DNA of 64,000 nt from Eledone cirrhosa (Eukaryota), in contig OZ024758.1 in NCBI GenBank assembly GCA_964016885.1, positions 10,292,001-10,356,000 on the forward strand. Reading direction: 5' to 3'. The first letter of the stretch is position 1, and the number at the start of each line of letters is the position of its first letter. The position numbers were made by a program, and so were the translations under genes. Below are positions 60,712 through 64,000 of this stretch, piece by piece. Below the pieces are notes generated by a model that had not been told where the DNA came from, made no database searches, and saw only the letters and a program-made list of their open reading frames with translations.

Positions 60712-60800
60712 GTTCAGCGCATCGGAAGGAGTTCTCCTACATGGATATAAAGTAGTGGCCATACTCGATAACGAGTTAGCAGCCACCATGTATGTATGTA
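60712..60800 (+). mobile_element. Family D 3' fragment in (ATGT)n
   Basis: CAGCGCATCGG...GAGTTAGCAGCCACC(ATGT)n. Confidence 0.8.
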
Positions 60801-61299
60801 TGTCTGTATGTAAACATGGAACGATGCCACAATATCGTGGCATTTAGAAGGGGACGTTATAGCTGGCTGGTATCAGGCTCTGGTGTGGCGACGCCAGTTC
60901 CACGCGTGACTTGCTATGATGGTTGCATATTAAATAGAGATAGGAAAGACGTGTTGAAGTTAGAAGTATAAGCCAAATGTACTACTCGAACCTTCTATGG
61001 CATTATCGTTGCTGCTCGATTGCCTTGTAAGCAGGAGCGGTGATATCGGAAGGATGTCGAAATCTCTACGTTCTCCAGCCAACAACCAACAGCAGCTGAT
61101 GAACGCAGTGTCCTGCAGTGTGAAGTAGTATGTAAATTATAATAATGTCTACCCAGAAATGATGAATGGCAAAGTCACCCCTAGATAATATCATGAAAAA
61201 TGGTAATTAAACGGAAAATGGTAACAATGTAACATTGATCTAGATATGTTCCTATGAAGTATGGTTGTTATATGTGTGTGAGAGAGAGAGTGTGTGTGA

Positions 61300-61362
<63 letters not shown>

Positions 61363-61464
61363 TATTTGTGTGTGTGTGTGTGAATATATAAAATATATGT
61401 AATTGCATAACGGCATGTACATAGAATTCACACCCTCTTATGAACATACGTACTTTCTAATTCC

Positions 61465-61576
<112 letters not shown>

Positions 61577-61617
61577 GAAAATAAACCAAAGAAGCCTTCA
61601 ATACATCAAAAGTCTTT

Positions 61618-61663
61618 ATTAGCCAACAATGTTTCGTCCTATTAAGGACTCATCAGGGCAATT
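61618..61663 (-). ncRNA. Type I minimal hammerhead (family O element, 61573-61664)
   Basis: AUUGCC-CUGAUGA-GUCCU(UAAU)AGGAC-GAAA-CAUUG-UU|GGCUAAU. Canonical core; the GUU triplet is expected to cleave weakly. Confidence 0.75.
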
Positions 61664-61749
61664 ATATATATATATATATATATTGGAGAATTGGAAAGTA
61701 CGTAAGTTCATAAGATGGTGTGAATTCTATGTACATGCCGTTATGTATC

Positions 61750-61812
61750 ATTATATTTTGTCTGATGAGGACGTACTGTTGTACATCCGAAATATGTATA
61801 ATAAAGTGTAAT
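61750..61812 (+). ncRNA. Type I hammerhead ribozyme (family F arm, 61682-61855)
   Basis: As 57789-57851, with a U-G to C-G change in stem II and a U-A to U-G change in stem I. Confidence 0.85.
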
Positions 61813-61847
61813 TGATCAAAAGAATATCTATTTTATTAATATTTGTA

Positions 61848-61892
<45 letters not shown>

Positions 61893-61900
<8 letters not shown>

Positions 61901-62193
61901 AGATCAAAAGATGGTTGAAAGAGTTCCAAGTATTTTATTATGCGCATTTCAAAAATAAATATCATCATGGGATGACATTTGCGTTCTCATCAGATAAAAT
62001 AGGGAGACATGATATGAAGCTTAAAAAACACTTGCGAGCAGTGAAGTGTTAAATCAACATATATAAAACTTCACTGCTCGCAAATGTCTCCCTATTTTAT
62101 CTGATGAGAACGCAAATGTCATCCCATGATGATATTTGTTTTTGAAATGCGCATAATAAAATACTTGGAACTCTTTCAACCATCTTTTGATCT

Positions 62194-62200
<7 letters not shown>
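61893..62200. mobile_element. Family E palindromic copy with hammerheads at 61931-62001 (-) and 62093-62163 (+)
   Basis: UAUUUUAU-CUGAUGA-GAACGCAAAUGUCAUC(CCAU)GAUGAUAUUUGUUUUU-GAAA-UGCGCA-UA|AUAAAAUA on both arms. Confidence 0.85.
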
Positions 62201-62239
<39 letters not shown>

Positions 62240-62282
62240 ATACTTTGGGAGGGTCATGTTGCCAATAACAAATTTAGAAACG

Positions 62283-62335
<53 letters not shown>

Positions 62336-62368
62336 CAAATATTAATAAAGTAGATATTCTTTTGATCA

Positions 62369-62431
62369 ATTACATTTTATTATACATATTTCGGATGTAC
62401 AACAGTACGTCCTCATCAGACAAAATATAAT
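62369..62431 (-). ncRNA. Type I hammerhead ribozyme (family F arm, 62329-62500)
   Basis: Reverse complement of the family F hammerhead. Confidence 0.85.
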
Positions 62432-62495
62432 GATACATAACGGCATGTACATAGAATTCACACCATCTTATGAACTTACGTACTTTCCAATTCCC

Positions 62496-62555
<60 letters not shown>

Positions 62556-62983
62556 ATTAAATAAATGGAAACTATATTTATAAAACCATATTTATTTCAT
62601 TATATATATTTCGGGGATATCATATTAACAATATGCTATGCCTTCCTCAGACAAAATACAATATAAACTGTTTTATAGATAAATAGATTCGACATACCGT
62701 AACAACACCGACTTGCATTTGAAGAGGTTGAACTGGCAGTGAAAAAATTTTACACAGAGAGAAAGAAAGAGAAAAAAGAAAGAAAGACAGAAAACGAAGA
62801 AAAGGAAGAAAAAGAAGAAATGCATGGAACAAAATAGAGAGATGGAAAGATAGATAAAGAGAAGAATTTCATGTAAAGAAACAGAAAGAGAGATATATAT
62901 ATAGAGAGAGAGGAAATAGAGATAGATACATATATATATAGAAAATTAGGTAGTGGGAGGTCAGTTGAGTAAATGTATCAATG

Positions 62984-63058
<75 letters not shown>

Positions 63059-64000
63059 TGATAGAGCAGGAGAGAATTATTGCAACATAGCTCGGTACAT
63101 ATTTTTCTCGTCTAAAGCAAGAAACTTTAAGTAATTCTAAAAAAAAAAGTTAAGTATGTTAAAATAATGGCTGAAACATTTAAAATAACAAATTGTTTCC
63201 AGATATAACATTGTTTGGTTACATGAAATTATTTCCTAAGCAAAGATATTCATCGCAAATTATATTGCGTATATAGAAATATATATGTATATCTATCTAT
63301 ATATATATATATACGCACTCACGCAAGAATACATTCTCTCTCACACGCGTACACACCCATTCAGATACACAGAAATACTCATACACACACACTTTCACAC
63401 ACACATATGCAGCTGCAGGAACACAGAGAGAGAGAGAGGCATGAATACCATTCTTCCTAGTAACACGTTCAATATTCTTATCAACTGACAATAAAATTTA
63501 CATATAAGCACAGAGAAATAATTTCTTACATAGAAACATACATACATCCAAATATATATATATATATCTCCAAATATATATATATATATCAGATCAGAGC
63601 AAACATCACGGACGCTCTATCTCAAAATTATTTTTGAAAAGCATTTAGAAATGCGCAACCGGTAAAACTTAGAACCAAAACTGAATACTAACCAATACAA
63701 TTACTAATTCTCATTTATTCCTAATTAAACTAGTTTTCACTGTGAACAATTTGTCAGCATTTTCTATTCCGTTTACCAATATATATATATATATATACTT
63801 GCATCACACATACATAGATGCATCCACAAGAAAAATATGGTCTTCTGAACTCTCTTTACAAAATAAATCAATGGCCCACAATGTTTTTGTTGTGGCTGTC
63901 CTGACACCAACATTTGGACTAATCGATGGGACGCTAGATGAAATCTGAGCCATCGATGTTAAAACCCCACAAATCCTAACCAGCACCGAGAATGTCCACA

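Overview
AT-rich, microsatellite-saturated eukaryotic non-coding DNA. Its repeat content is typical of an octopus/cephalopod genome (inference from recalled SINE and microsatellite types; not checked). I found no intact protein-coding gene: nearly all listed ORFs are translations of (TA)n, (CA)n or (ATCT)n tracts. The window holds many copies of a tRNA-derived SINE (several with clear TSDs), hAT-like and TTAA/piggyBac-like MITEs, RTE and Tx1/L1-like LINE 3' fragments, two decayed Penelope-like element (PLE) reverse-transcriptase fossils, minisatellites and two large inverted duplications. The most striking signal is a set of at least 7 sequence-unrelated families of short (90-420 bp) elements, mostly embedded in (TA)n tracts. 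Most share one architecture: inverted arm + direct arm + 65-155 nt tail carrying a GAGTNCTY motif. They contain minimal Type I hammerhead ribozymes (CUGANGA...GAAA...NUH): about 10 complete folds, several with structure-preserving substitutions. I interpret these as a diverse population of non-autonomous, ribozyme-bearing PLE pLTR/retrozyme-like retroposons that target TA microsatellites. All coordinates were read by eye and may be off by a few bases.
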